Shown here: positions 51,380 to 64,000 of the stretch, in pieces
Layout of the letters: every line of letters begins with the position of its first letter
How positions within the stretch are numbered: position 1 is the stretch's first letter
Assembly (NCBI GenBank): GCA_036172245.1
Contig: JAYWIR010000003.1
Span: forward strand, 3,348,001-3,412,000
Reading direction: 5' to 3'
DNA: 64,000 nucleotides
DNA from: Raillietiella orientalis
Lineage: Eukaryota
The notes under the pieces: generated by a model
The model's database searches: none
The model's input: only the letters and a program-made list of their open reading frames with translations
What the model was told of the DNA's origin: nothing
Made by a program: the position numbers and the translations under genes

Positions 51380-52080
51380 ATTTATAAAACAAACATACAT
51401 ACCTGTTACAAAACGTTTGATCCTACCACGTTACCTATAAAAACGAGAAGGAACCTGCCGGGAACTGTTATGCAGGCCAGCGGTGTTCGCCTCGGCTGCA
51501 CAAGGGAAGGGGAGACAAACAAAAACCAAAAAAAAAAAACACACAGTCGAAAAAATGGGGGGATTCGGGAAGGGATTAGTGTGTGCTGGAAGGTGTCCTC
51601 CGCATCCTTGTAAGGATGCCGGCAAGTTCCTGATTTAAGGTTCCCAGATGGAGCCATCTTGACGCTGTCCTCATGAAGAGGATAGCAAAATAGATGCCGT
51701 CCTTGTTGTTCTGATCTCCTCTGGCGTTACTCCACGCCGACACGATCCTGCGGAGGCAGCAAAGTGCTGCTAGGGACGCAAGCTCTGTCCAAGAGCACCG
51801 GGGGTCACTGTAGGTCTTCCTCAGGAATACCCAGTAGCACGTCCCAGCGCAAAATTCCTCGGGGTGGGGCACTCGGGCTCACAGCTTCCGTGAACTGCTC
51901 CCTCATCCCTAGTCCTCTTCTCCATCCGGAGATTTCCACAGAAATCTCCCACCTAGCTGTAATTCCATGTGCTCCCTAAGGTAGGGCAGTGCGGTGGCGA
52001 GGGAGGTTTCGCTTGCCCACGCACTCTTCACGAGATCCTGCTTGTGGACTGTGTCGACCTCTGGCCCCTGTGGGAAGTTT
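51380..52080 (-). mobile_element. Decayed Tx1-like 3' fragment
   Basis: KSAWASETSLATALP and FMRTASRWLHLGTLNQELAGILTRMRRTPSSTH*; visible nucleotide similarity to 39850-40790. Confidence 0.75.
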
Positions 52081-52099
52081 CGGAACGACCCTCCAGATC

Positions 52100-53085
52100 C
52101 CGGTTGGCACCCCCAGGGACGTTTCACGGCTCCTCTTTTTTCGGGATTCCCTGCAGCCAGCCACGGACCCAGAAGCGCTTTGCTGCATCCGCGCGATTGC
52201 GGCAGCCTGGAGCGAAGCCTACAGAGGAAGGAACGAGAGGGACGCAGTTCAGTTTGCAGTTCGCTTTCAGCGGATAGCGGCCAGATGGTCCCACTTGGGA
52301 CTATCTGACGGACTTAGCTGGCATCCAGGGAAAGGTGCAGACTCTCTCTATTGGTCTCTGATCCCTTCCTGACCCTCCCCAAGATTCTTATTTATCTTTA
52401 TTTATTTTTTATTTTATTTTCCTTTTTGTTTTCTCCCTTCCCCCTCCGCTGTCGAGGGGAGCGCCGTCGGTCCCCACACCGGCTATCCGGAAGGTCCATG
52501 GACAAATGGGATGTGGTCGAACCACGTGTCCTACCACTATTTGTGAGTTTCTTTTCAATTTTAAGAAATGCCCCGGCGTGTCCGGGGTCGCGGCAAAGCG
52601 TTCCCCTAGGAACCCCCAGTGGCAACTTCAGGGACGCTTTAAGGCCCCTCCTCCAACGCAATGCCCTTTGGTCGGCAGTCTCGCCAACAGCTCTCTGCTG
52701 CCTACGCGGGATTGTGGCTTCAAGAAGAGGGGACAGCGACAGGGGTGCACATCCACGTCGTCGTCCGGTTCATGAGGATGGAAACAAGATGGCTCCACCT
52801 GACGGACAGCATGCAGAAAAAGCTTGCCGGCCTGCTCCAAAGAATGCGGAGGACCGCCTCCAACAGAACGTGATCACTTTCCTTATTCTCCCCTCCCTCT
52901 TCAAGATTTATTTTTATTTTATTTTTGTTCCATTTTTTTTTTCTTTTGTTTGCCCCCTCTCCCCTGCTTCCGTGGAAGGCCTCGCCGGTCTGCGTACCGG
53001 TGATCCAGCAGGTTTGTTTTGAAATGGACGTGGTCGAATCACCGATCCAACTATAGAGATTGTGAAAGTTTATTTTTATTCCGCC
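52100..53085 (+). mobile_element. Two tandem short Tx1-like 3' fragments (~52100-52450 and ~52590-53085)
   Basis: ALCCIRAIAAAW...RFQRIAARWSHLG and ALCCLRGIVAS...RFMRMETRWLHL...LAGLLQRMRRT, each followed by a T-rich tail. Confidence 0.65.
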
Positions 53086-53104
53086 CCGGAGCACCCGGGT
53101 GATA

Positions 53105-53346
53105 ATCCGGGGTCCTTACAGGAATCGAGGAGTCTATTCCCTTCGAGGTTCTCTTTGGAGGAGTAACAAGGAGAGTTTCCTTTGCAGGGAGTCCCTCCGG
53201 AGAAGAAATTCCAGGAACGAATCCTTTCCTCCCAAGCAGAAGAGGAATGGAGTCTTCCTGGATTCATAGGGTGGTCCCTACAGAGTTGCCGCCTATAACT
53301 TGAAGAGTGACACGTTCCCTCGGGTGGCGTGGACGGCGTTAAAGGG
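53105..53346 (-). repeat. Partial copy of the ~450-bp interspersed repeat
   Basis: Reverse complement CCCTTTAACGCCGTCCACGCC...CCCTATGAATCCAGGAAG. Confidence 0.7.
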
Positions 53347-56300
53347 CTTCGTGATTCTTCCCTGACCGGGCGAACGGTTCTCCAGCACTTGGCGAACCAC
53401 GGAAAAGAAAACCCGAAAAAGAACAAAGAAAAAAATCTGGAAGGAAAGTAGAGCAACAGAAGAATCCCAAAGAAGTTCCATCCCAATAGGGAACTGGGCC
53501 TCCCCAATATCCCGGGAACCTATCAGATACGGAAAGCCGCCATGTTACCCCTTTTCTCGCTGAACCCTGTTTTTAGAGGCCTGGTGCAACGAGCAAGGGC
53601 GAGCAAGGAACCCGTTGCGAGGGCAGCCATGGGGGCCCTGACTTGCTCCTCTCCTGTGCAAACTGGCACTTCGGTGGTCTCGCGAGTACAGGAGTTGCCG
53701 TCTCGGCTCGACGGTTTGACGGTGAAACAAACGGTCCTGGCACTGCTGGAAAGCAACATCCGCCGTCGGAAGGGCGGTCGGGCCGCGGCTGCTCCGCTCC
53801 CTTGTTCCCAGGTTTCTCCTCACACGGTCAGCGGCACGAACTCCTCCTGCGTCGGCAGCAGGAGGAGATGAACCCACACTCCGCCAAGGCAGAAACATCT
53901 GGAGGGTTTGTTGGGGGTCGAATCTTCCAAACGGGGAACCCTGTGGTGTGCTTTTCTCACACAATCCCTGCCGCCGAGCTGTAAAGCGCTCGTTCTGAGA
54001 TTCCGAGTCTGCCCGCGAGATGACGCTGGGACGGCTGAGGGCAGACTTCGGGTGCGCATCGGTAAGAAGCGCTCGCGTCCGCGTCCGAGCTACCCCCGCT
54101 GACCGGAAGCCGAGATGAGGGATGTGGAGATTCGGAGCACACCTTTCGCTTCACCGGCGGGCCTCGAGCGCGTGTCCGCAAGAGAAGAGCCATAGCGAGC
54201 GCCCCCACGCACGGGCCGCGTACCTCGAGCCACCCCGATTTCCCCAGCGGGGTAAAGCACAGGTTCCTGAGTGCTCAGAGCACCACAACAAAGAGGGGAT
54301 CCTCGGCTCTTGCGCTCCCAAATACCATTCTTCGGGGAATGCGCGCGTCGATTCGCAACCACCGCCGCAACCAGCCTCCGGCTCGGGGCTTTATCTCGGA
54401 TGGGAAGGGCAGCACCCTCGGATGCCCTTCCCGTCCTGCTTCCCTTCGGGCGCTTCCGAGCTCCCAGCGCCTCAAGTGGCCCTGCGAAGGAAGGACTCGC
54501 AGGCAGAATCCCCCACCTGGAGAATCCACCTGGAGCAGCAGCTTCCCGTGGGCCGGTTTGAACGAACGGGCTGGGGAGACTGGCGGACCGCTCGGCGCTT
54601 GCTTCTTGGGGACGACCCTCCGGAAGAAGGGTCCCTCCTGAGAGGTCACGAGGCCTTGCAAGCATGCCCCGTGTTCCTCCTCGTTGGGAGACTTCGAAAA
54701 CGGGATGCAGGATGAGAGAGGCGTTCGATAACGAGCGCCCCGGAAACGAGATACTCGTGGCTCTCTTACGAGCATCCTCTAACCTGAAACTGCGGATGCG
54801 TTCGACGAGAGCAAACTCCGGTAAGCAGCGTCTCCTTCGACCAACTTCTTCCGAAGGAGTCCAGGATCTCTTTTTCTTCTTTTTCTCTCACCTGGATTCT
54901 TTCGCGTACGGCGAGTCTTTTGCACTTCTTTTGCTCCGTCCACAAGAGGTGGGGTCCATTGCATTCATCAATGCAGATCGCAGCGCCGTTCGTGGACTCA
55001 GTGCCCCAGCTCTCTCATCAGAGCTCGAATCTTTTGCAGAATGCATCAAAGTATCATGCACGTGGAGAGATATCCACAGCCATGGACCCCAATTTCCTCT
55101 TTTTCCCGTAATCCTGCCATAACGTCAGCTGCCGTCACCGTCTGGCGCATTCCATCGTCTGCATCTTGATCGGGTTGTGCAGGGAAGCGCTCCCAGCTCC
55201 TCTGCAGCCAACTTCAGTCCTCAGGTGCCGTTGCAGCAGCAGCTGCATACAGGAAGTGCATTAGACCATTGGTCACTCCTCCAGAACAAAAAACGCAGTT
55301 AGTTGGTTGGAGGGCTTTCTTCCCTTCTTGAGTCGTTCTTGTTCCGGCACTCTCGCCCTTTTCCGTTTTGATTGACAATGTGTCGTTTTCTCGAGCCATG
55401 AGGGCACTTTGACGCGTACTGACGCGAGAAGCCGCGTGACCCGACCGGCGGAGGGTGTCCATGCAGTGCGGGCGACTGGCCTCGCATCCCGGCCGGACTT
55501 AGGGACGCGGCTGTTCGAAAGGCAGGGAGGAAGTTTGGCGCGCTGCCTCCGGCAGGGCAATGGCGCAGGGAGGTGGCAGGTCCGCATGGGGGGTCAATCT
55601 GGATCACGGCGGGCGTGGTAGCGAGCACGCTCTCACCCTCACGAGTTTCTTCCAATGAGACCAGAATGCGTTCGTCCCGCGCTGGCTTTCCCGAACCGCC
55701 TCGTCTTCCGCGGAAGAGCAACGACTCTCCAGTTCGTCTCGCGCAGTGGGAAATCCGTGAGTTGGCAGAGTTTCACCCGCTGAGGTCAGCAGAGGTTCGG
55801 GAAGCTTCAACGCGAAGTCTTCTAGACGCTATCACGTGCTTCGGGACCCGAAACCGCCGTTTCTGGCGGCGTTCCTTTCCAGGTCGACGTCAGTACTTCT
55901 CTCCCGTGTCCATTTAGGGTGTCTGTCGTAATCCAGGCAAGTCTGGAAAACAGGGACGCTGCTGCAGGCACGCGTCCCTGTTCCAGACGGTATCGGAGGT
56001 TTCCACGTCTACCCTGACTGGCGGTGCTTCAGCTCCCTCGTTCCGAGGGCCACCGAGGGTTTCTGCTGCGAAGACGCCAAAAACCCACGGCGAAGAAGAA
56101 CCCGCTATGGTGAGTCGGATTGAAACCGCGGGGATTCGAGAGACCACGGCACGACTGCCCCTCCCCCCTCCCTGTCGTCGTTGCTTCTTCGTGGAGGCTG
56201 AAGATTCCTGCGACGCGTTCCTCCTCGTCCGCCCGTCCTCTGGGACGGCGTCCACACGCACGGTGGCGCATGCCCTTGGATCCACTCTTTCGCGGAGCTG

Positions 56301-59300
56301 GAGATACGTGTGGGAACTGTTTCCTGCCAGCAGGCGGGAAGCTCCGGTTACGTCTTCATGATCAATATTTTGCAATTTCAACATTCAGCAGCTGATGTTT
56401 TTGTGATGCAGTCCGCATAATTGGACCCAGTTCATCACAAAGCAAAAAGCTCGCAGGTTTCCCCCGTGCAGTTTGGGTTATTGATCACTTTCTTCTAGGA
56501 ATCCAGGATGGCAAAATTAAAATTAAACGGTGTTCTTCTCCAAGAATTTCAAAGTGCATCGGACCCCCTCAGAACGCGCCCTCGTATGACGCCCGGTAAA
56601 TCAGCCGCCCACTACGACGTGTCAGTTCAGCTGCTTCTAGAAAAAACACGAACGCGCGGTTTGGTGCGCTGAAGCGACGCTGTGTCGATGCCCATTTCCC
56701 GGACAGAACAGCTCAAGAAGATGCATGTCTCGGGAACGATGGAGCTGAAGCTATAGAATTCTCTAAATTTATTGGATGTCAGCAAAACCCTGAAAGCTGT
56801 TTTTTTTTCTTCTTTCTTTCTTGCCGCTGCAACAGTCGACTGTTTATCGTTTCGCTCCAAGTTGAAAAAGGCAAAGGAAAATGCCTTTTACATCTTTTCT
56901 AAATGCTGTCACGTTGTCCGTGTTCCGTACAACGTGGAAACTTATCATCCACCGCGTTATACAGTGACCGACTGTATTTTTGGCAGCTCGTGACAGGTAG
57001 CGCAGGATCCTGTTCCCGAAAAGGTAAAAAATTAGAAGAGATGTTGAGGATGCACATGCCAACCATCTGAAGACAAAGGCGGGAGGCTCGTCCCAACTCT
57101 TGCGGAGAGGGACCTTCCCGCGTCGCGACCAACCCCGCGCGCGCACGGGATGCGTAACCACGGGAACCGAATTTCTCGGGAGCCAACTCGTAAGCGGACG
57201 AGATTCGAAAATCACCGTTTCCATGAAGGCAGGATGGCTGACCTCCGGGCGACTGCCGAAGTTTCAGCCAAAGCGCACTCGGGCGCGTCGCCTGTGGGCT
57301 GCCATTTTCCCCGATGCGACTCCCAAGATGGTGGACGCGCCGCCAATCTTCCGCGCGCGATGTGCCGCGAGTGGGGCGCCCCCATCCAAATCACGGTGCA
57401 GCAAAGGAACCCAAGGATTGCCGCAATTGGGTACAACAGCTGCGTAAAAAATATCACTGTCGAGGCAACCATTGAGAGGAAAAGAAAAAAAAAAAACGGT
57501 CCCCGAAATGCAAACATCCGGTTGCAGCGGATCCTTTTTTTCACGGTCCAAGCAGACTTCTCTTGAAACTGGAAGCAGCAGAAAAAATTTCGCTTATCCT
57601 GCAGTGCAGGCGGCTCCAATGGACGGCAATCTGCCGACCCTTTGAACCCATTGGAAACACTAGAGACAAAAAGCACACGAATCTCCAGGAGCTGCAGGTT
57701 TTTCATAAGTTTCTAAGATATCCCTAAAGTGCATGAATTAACTCCTGTTAACTGTTCCGCGTTCCAAGTGATTTTATCAGTAACATGGATGATGTCTCTG
57801 GCCGTGGCAAGCATGCTATACGTATGGTAGCTATTCTTTTCGATAACTGAGCTGAACATGATGAATTGAAATGGATGATGCATGTTACATGCTTGCGGAA
57901 AGTTATACACGAGGGATGCCTGACCAAGCACAGCCACCAAGGAGAGTGAGGTTTCCCTTCTCCTCCGGATGCCAAAGATACCAGATGAAAAAATGCGAAC
58001 GCACAAAGGTGAATCGAGTGATCAAGGGGTCCTCCGGAGAGAATAAGGAAGGAGCATTCCCCCCTTCTGCATTCCCCTTCGGAGCCAACCAGGGTGGAGA
58101 TCGGATCCACCCCCGCTTTCCAGGGGGGAGATCCCTCCCCAGGCGTGAGAGGAACGGACTCCGAGCCCTTCCTGGATTCACAGGGCGGACCCCTTGATTC
58201 GGGTGCGTCTCTTCGTAAACGCACACGAAGAGACACATGGAAGAACCGGACTCTTCCAATGCCGCATGAATAAAAGCAGCGAGAGTGAAGAAAGCTGATG
58301 AAAGCAGGGAGAATCTCGAGTGATGCACTCCTGACTGGGCACTTACAAACACACACACGCGATAACCCGGGTGACTTGGGCATCTGGACAATCGATCGCG
58401 GTGAGCGCTTACTCGTTTTCCCCAAGCCATTGAGCAAAGCCTGTTGCCGAAGTGGATGTGGAAGTTTGAAGATGAAAAGGACGGAATGGGTTATCGCTAC
58501 GCAAACGCTGCGGCAATTTCAGTCGTCACGATCTTATTGCTAACGGGCAATGGATACGAAATTCCGCCGGATGATCCATCCGGTTCTGCATGAACTGTTC
58601 GAATACGCAGCCTCATTCACACAGGGATTCCAAGATGGCTTTTGCTTATCTGGTTTTATGCTTTCCCAAATACCCTGAATTCCCTGAAACGACTTTCGGC
58701 GCACCAGAAAATTTTCCACTCTGCTATGGCTTGAGATGAGCAAACATGGAAGGGAAAATGGCGGCAAGCAAATCGGGAAGTTTTCCCACGGCGTAGGACT
58801 ACTTGAAGGACACAGGCTCGTGGTGAGGAAAAGAGTGAGAAAATCGTCGGCTGCTATCCTCGGTCAACGGACGTTCAAGCAGGTGATGGTTTTTTACTAA
58901 CGGTGTCTCCGATATCATATGAATCCCTCGAATATTGGTTAACGTTTACGAGATGCCGTACATTAAAAACGAGACCGAACATTTAAGGCATCATATTGCC
59001 CAACAGAATTCTATAAAACTTCCCTTCGAAGCAATGCAAGCCACACGAGACAAAGACTGCATTCTCTATTTGCTTTTGCATGAAGATGCCAGGGATTCAG
59101 CTTCAAAATCGAAAAGAATTTAGGGTAGCTTATTTATTTATTCATATTTTGTCCGATGCTTATGAAAATGCCGCAGGAGCGAGTGGTGTTAGGGTTGACT
59201 AGAGTTACCTATATCAACTGAAAAGCCGAGCCTGATGGTGAACTGAGGTCCTATTGAGTAAGCACGACACGAGGGATATAATGGAGTTCGGTTAGCTTAT

Positions 59301-61399
59301 AAATCAAATTAACGAAGGCATTCCTTCCTGTTGGCGCGGAACGTCAACTGCTCATCGAGTGGCCATGCATGCGTCCATCCTCTCTTTACTGGACAACAGA
59401 GCTGCTCTGAACAAAAGAGTCCAGAGGAGGTCCACTGAGCACTCTGGAGAGGCCGCGCCTAGTTTCTGCATTTCCGGCATCAAATTGCGAGCCCTGCAGC
59501 CCGAATTTTCAAAAATTGCGTTTTCTCCTCCGTAGAAGCAAGGACCACGGGCTGAAACTACACATGGAGGTTCGAAGGCTTCATTCGAAAGCTTTAGAGT
59601 CATGACGAGAGTATAGATTATCACTGATTAAAATTTAAAGACCATACCTCATGGAGTCCCTGAACAAGACGAAGCATATTATTAAAAAGCCAAATCCATG
59701 AAATCTATATGATCTTCAAAAAATTCAAAGTCACTACTAAAAATGTTTCTTGCATAGTTGTCAGTAAGCACAATGTCAGCGCACGTCAAATTGTATTTTA
59801 TCATTTGGGAAGCCAAGGAAGATCATTACGAAAATTACACTTGAAAGGAAACAGTCTTGGGATATAATTTCCAGTGTTTCCTGATTCCTGTTAACGTGTG
59901 TTTTCCATTCCTGGAAAAATCCTTAAGATCATGTAACATCGAAGGTAAAACTAAGCAAATTCCTCTCCATCCGTCTCCATTTTGAAAGGAATTAGAAAAA
60001 AAACAAAACAACTTCTGCAAGCTCAGTGAGTTGTGCGCTTCTTACGTCAGCATTTTTAATTTCCTTCTGTGCAGATGTTCCACATTCCTTACAGTCAAAT
60101 GGATCTATTCTTTTTCCGAGAAAAAAAAAACAGAAAAGAAAGATGGAGCAGTAAAGTACGTAAAGAGCACACGACATTTTTCAAATTCTAGATCCGAATA
60201 AATAATTGCTCTCATGATGCAACTTGTGTTGAGTGTGTGCCCAAAAACCTTGAATTTGACTCTTTATCATTCCAGGGGCTTTTTTTCCATTAGTCATTTA
60301 ATAACTGTGTCCATTTGCTACAAATCCATAATTCAACTCGTTTGCTGTGATCGAATAAGGAGTAGAGACCGGGGAAAGGAAGCCTTTTTAGGAGACAGAG
60401 TTGGGAACTCCTTATTTTTCACTTTACAACACGGCAGAGACACCTGGATAAATATGTCCCCGAATCCTGAGTCAAATAGTTATTACAATGTACGGCTCCA
60501 GACAGCAGTGAAATGAATTATTCATTGTTTTGACATCATGAATAATTTGCAAGAACCGAAATCCTCCTAAAAAGGCTTCCTTGCACCGTAAATCCTCCTT
60601 TCATTCAGCATTTTTCTCCTGTTCTTGTCCGTTAATTTAGGAATTCTGAGGAAAATGACAGTTGCTGGTATCTGTACGCATAAAAAGCTATGTTCCACGC
60701 GTGTTTCCTCAAGGTTGATTTTGCATCCCCCTAGAGTTTTCTTTGAAAGATCACTTTTCTTCGCCAAGTTTCTTTCTCCCGTTACTACCACTGCTCCCCT
60801 AATACCTATTTGAGCACGTTACTCACTGAAATGACGCCGCGTTGCGAAGTCCCAGGATGCTTGGACCGTGGAGAAGAGAGCTTAGGAACCATGGAAGCAA
60901 AGCTCGTGAAGCATAAGAGGGCAATGATAATAGACGAAGTCATCCATGTGAAATTCAGCAGTAACGGAGACGAGCAGAGGCCACAGTAACACATGAACAA
61001 ATGAGAACGCAAAGATCCCGCAGGATTTATCAGACGGGTGCGATGGACGTGACTGGTTAAACAGATATCATTAATATATTAGAGCATGACATAGGAAGAG
61101 TACGATTATATGGAAACACTGGAATGCAAGGTTTTGTATTGAGGAAATTCACTCACCCAATCTACTTCATCCCCAATAAATGTCGACGTTTTCCATTCGA
61201 GCATTGCTTTAAAAGTATGCATACTAGGTTTTTTACTCATTATCAGTTTTCTCATTTTAATGAAACAAAACCAAAAGTATTCAAGGGAATTAGATGCATG
61301 CTGAGTTTCTTAAATTGTATCTTTTGTTTTCCTCTATAATGTAGTTCTGCAGCCTATTCCTGATAGAGGCAATTTGCATTTGCTTTCTGAAAATGGGAA

Positions 61400-61960
61400 G
61401 AACCCCAGAAAATAATTTTCATTCTCTGATTGCAGAGTCTTACATGATGACATCGACTGCCTTTGGTGAACGAAGTTGGAATATTCAAATCAGATCTGGT
61501 TTCAGAAGACTCCTCAGTTTGAAGGGTTATGTGTAGGGAAATGAGCGTAGAATGATGAAATAATGATGCATTCTCAGTCTACAAGTCATTCTTGTAGAAA
61601 TGAGGGAGGTAGCTTTTGGTTATTGGTAAGTGTATTTATGTTTTGGAATCAATAGGGAAAATCTCTCGATGGAAGAATTTTGTGCTTCAATTTGAGAAGT
61701 GCTCCATATGAAGCCGTATAAAAATGAATCCACAGTTCCAGTACATATGCACAGAAGGCTGACTCCTAACGAATTTCATATTCAGTCTCTTGTAATGGTC
61801 TGATGCTTCAAGGTTGACAGTTGGTAACCCTTGCTTGCAAATGTTGATTTGAAAGATGCGGATGTATCCATAAAGTGTAGTGAACTGTTTCAAAGCCTTA
61901 ATGTAGTGTAGACAGCGGTGTACATTGTCGCTTTGGTATCTCCTTCCCAAAATTAAAGAA
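61400..61960 (-). mobile_element. Possible decayed RLE-type non-LTR retrotransposon fragment
   Basis: Minus strand GLPT...VHMYWNC (zinc-knuckle-like) followed by LKPDLI...AVDV (PD-(D/E)xK-like), with stops and frameshifts. Confidence 0.3.
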
Positions 61961-62562
61961 AAGGCAAAGTGGCCGTATAAATATGTGTTTTAGGTTTGCA
62001 TTCAATGGTCAATACTTTGAATAATTAAAATTTAGCATTTAGATCGGAGAGAAACAGAAAATTTCCAAAACACTATTTACCAAAAAAGTAAAAAGCCTAT
62101 AATTTGCTAAGATCGAGTAGCTTACTTAAATAATGAAGGTGTTTAATAGTTATGGCGTTGTTTGAGTTAAGTAAAACGGCATTGCTTTTGTCAAGAAGTA
62201 TCATTTTTGCACAACCCATAATTGGTGAAGTAATGAAAAATGCACGTTTCTAAGAGGAAGGATAATAAGAAACAAATACTTGAATAAAGTTATTTCATTC
62301 AAAGTTATGTGTGACAGTTTATTATCAAACTGTATTTTGTACTTTAGTGATATTTTTCATTTTGCAGTTTTGTGTGTTTTAGTGGTACTTGAAGGGATGG
62401 ATTGGAACACGGCATTGCAATAGCTTAGTGCCAAGCAAGCAATTCAGATTTTCAAAATGGGATGTTAAATATTGTAGCTAAATAGTATGTTTCTGTGGAT
62501 TTGCAATGGTAGTTTCTCGATAATATTGCTTGCTACTTTGATGTGTAAAAATTAATGACAGA

Positions 62563-62880
62563 ATGGAAGATGAAAGCAATGGGATTAAATCTCCAAGTCC
62601 CCATGTTTCTAGATCTAGCACACCAGCAGGCAGCATGAAACCTATCCCAAATAATACAGAAGCAGATTCAACTACCATGTTATCTGGCTTACCCAGTATT
62701 TCAAAATCTCAAACAAAATTTTGCCAACTATTAGCAGTTCTAGAAGACATGGGTCAGGCTATTCGACCAACTTATGCTGGCAGTAAGAGCAGTGCTGAAA
62801 GACTGAGGCGAAGCATTATTCATGCAAGAATTTTAGTGAAAGAATGTCTGATAGAAACAGAGCGCTGTGCCAAACAATAA
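62563..62880 (+). CDS. CDK2AP1: CDK2-associated protein 1 (DOC-1) homolog, 105 aa
   Basis: C-terminal [50 protein letters not shown] matches the DOC1 domain. AATAAA at ~63031. An upstream exon is possible because gacag precedes the ATG. Confidence 0.93.
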   Translation: MEDESNGIKSPSPHVSRSSTPAGSMKPIPNNTEADSTTMLSGLPSISKSQTKFCQLLAVLEDMGQAIRPTYAGSKSSAERLRRSIIHARILVKECLIETERCAKQ

Positions 62881-63075
62881 TTTAATGTTTCAGTTTGGAA
62901 TGAGAATGATCAAGTAAATTATTTGGAGACCTTTTAGATAACTTTTGTGCATTTGTAGGTGACATCATCTGAACCTCAGTTGATCATCAAGAATGCTAGT
63001 GATTTGCCTAATTAAAAGCAGTTTTCTCGCAATAAAATACATTCCACTGCATCTGCGTATGTTCTGATTTATTCA

Positions 63076-63527
63076 TCAGAATTTCGTTTGGTGATCTGTG
63101 TAGTTGAACAGATAGTATTGCTGCACACACCTTTCAGGAGCCCATTTAATTCCAAGGTCATCTGCATAACTGTGTATGCGAACTTTTGTTTCCTCCATTG
63201 AGGATCTGAAGATAGGGCAATATAAAAATGCGCAAGCACCCATATTTCAATTACATGTCCTTCTTGAGTGTAATTCTTGCCGATTTCATAGTACTTGGCA
63301 TTCGAATGCTTCGTGCCTCCGCGAATGAAGTCTTGAAGCATTTCATTATATCTCTTGTGTTTGTGATTGCCTTACGAGTTCACGTGTGCGTATAGTGAGG
63401 TCGTGTGATGTGTACACGTCCTCATGCTGCTGCTGTTGGCATTGGTCTTTTCCGGAGAGCATTGCCGTTCCCTCATTTGCAAGTGAGCCGGTTTCGGGTG
63501 GCATGATAACTTTGCGTGCCTCGTGCA
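63076..63527 (-). CDS. Probable small spliced gene of unknown function (3' exons), convergent with CDK2AP1
   Basis: Exons 63527-63376, 63331-63255, 63205-63076 joined by 44- and 49-nt GT-AG introns (gtaagg, gtaatt) keep one frame: ...TIRTREL/TSFAEARSIRMPSTMKSARITLKKD/ISSMEETKVRIHSYADDLGIKWAPERCVQQYYLFNYTDHQTKF*. AATAAA lies right after the stop. No homology recognised. Confidence 0.5.
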
Positions 63528-64000
63528 CTTAGAAAGTGCCGTAGGAATGTGGGGGGGAAAGCGTGTGGGTCCGACGAAAGGTTACCCGGCGATCGAAAGA
63601 CGAGGTCATAAGATCGTGAAAGATCCCGAAGGCCGATGGTGCGCGCAACACTTGATTTTTTAGGGGGAGTTCGCAGCGATCATTTGCCGATGAGTCCCCC
63701 GACTGCCCTTCGGCAGCTCATGAAATTGCAGTTCGCGTAGCAATGGGCAGTTTCAAAAGTGAACGCTCGCAGGGGGCGACCATCGGCTGTCCTTGAGCGA
63801 CCGTTTCCCTTCGGGGTGCCGGTTTTCCAGTAGAGCGCTGATTACTGCGAAGCGAACATCCTCCCTATTCCGGGATTTCGGGATTGGCAACCTTTCAGTC
63901 AGTCATATGCAAAGAGTGGATTCTGAAGCGGCCTCAAGGTCAGGACGCCTCTTAGCCAGTGCGACGACGCTTGAAGAGCGTGTCAACGTGACTTTCGGTG

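Noticed and set aside
58750..58800. ATGGCGGCA start for CDK2AP1
   Set aside because: The frame closes after 12 codons. At most a YY1-like promoter motif, which cannot be linked to the gene from sequence alone.
1..64000. CRISPR arrays, operons or prokaryotic defence systems
   Set aside because: No regularly spaced repeat-spacer array. The genes are spliced eukaryotic genes, and the GTG/TTG-start ORFs in the track are not meaningful here.

Overview
Eukaryotic, most likely arthropod, nuclear DNA. Most of the supplied long ORFs are spurious products of GC-rich decayed repeats, and the real genes are spliced, often with very short (42-60 nt) introns. Supported genes: transaldolase (+, 7 exons); mitochondrial ATP synthase epsilon (-, 3 exons, convergent with transaldolase); a Star-like/FkbM methyltransferase-fold gene (+, at least 4 exons); a highly divergent Cys-loop ligand-gated ion channel subunit (-, at least 8 exons); an intronless 382-aa orphan ORF; tRNA-Cys(GCA); CDK2AP1/DOC-1; and a probable small spliced gene convergent with CDK2AP1. 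Between them lie many decayed 3' fragments of an L1/Tx1-like non-LTR retrotransposon, a tRNA-like SINE family, a ~450-bp interspersed repeat, MITE-like inverted-repeat elements and short palindromes. The most notable observations are (1) a diverged U2 snRNA copy cut exactly at the site used by U2-targeting retrotransposons (Utopia/Keno), (2) the orphan Cys-loop channel with a D-A-R filter and 9' Phe, (3) a recurrent junction between Tx1 3' ends and the antisense SINE, and (4) the repeat-rich orphan protein. All calls come from manual reading; no searches were run.
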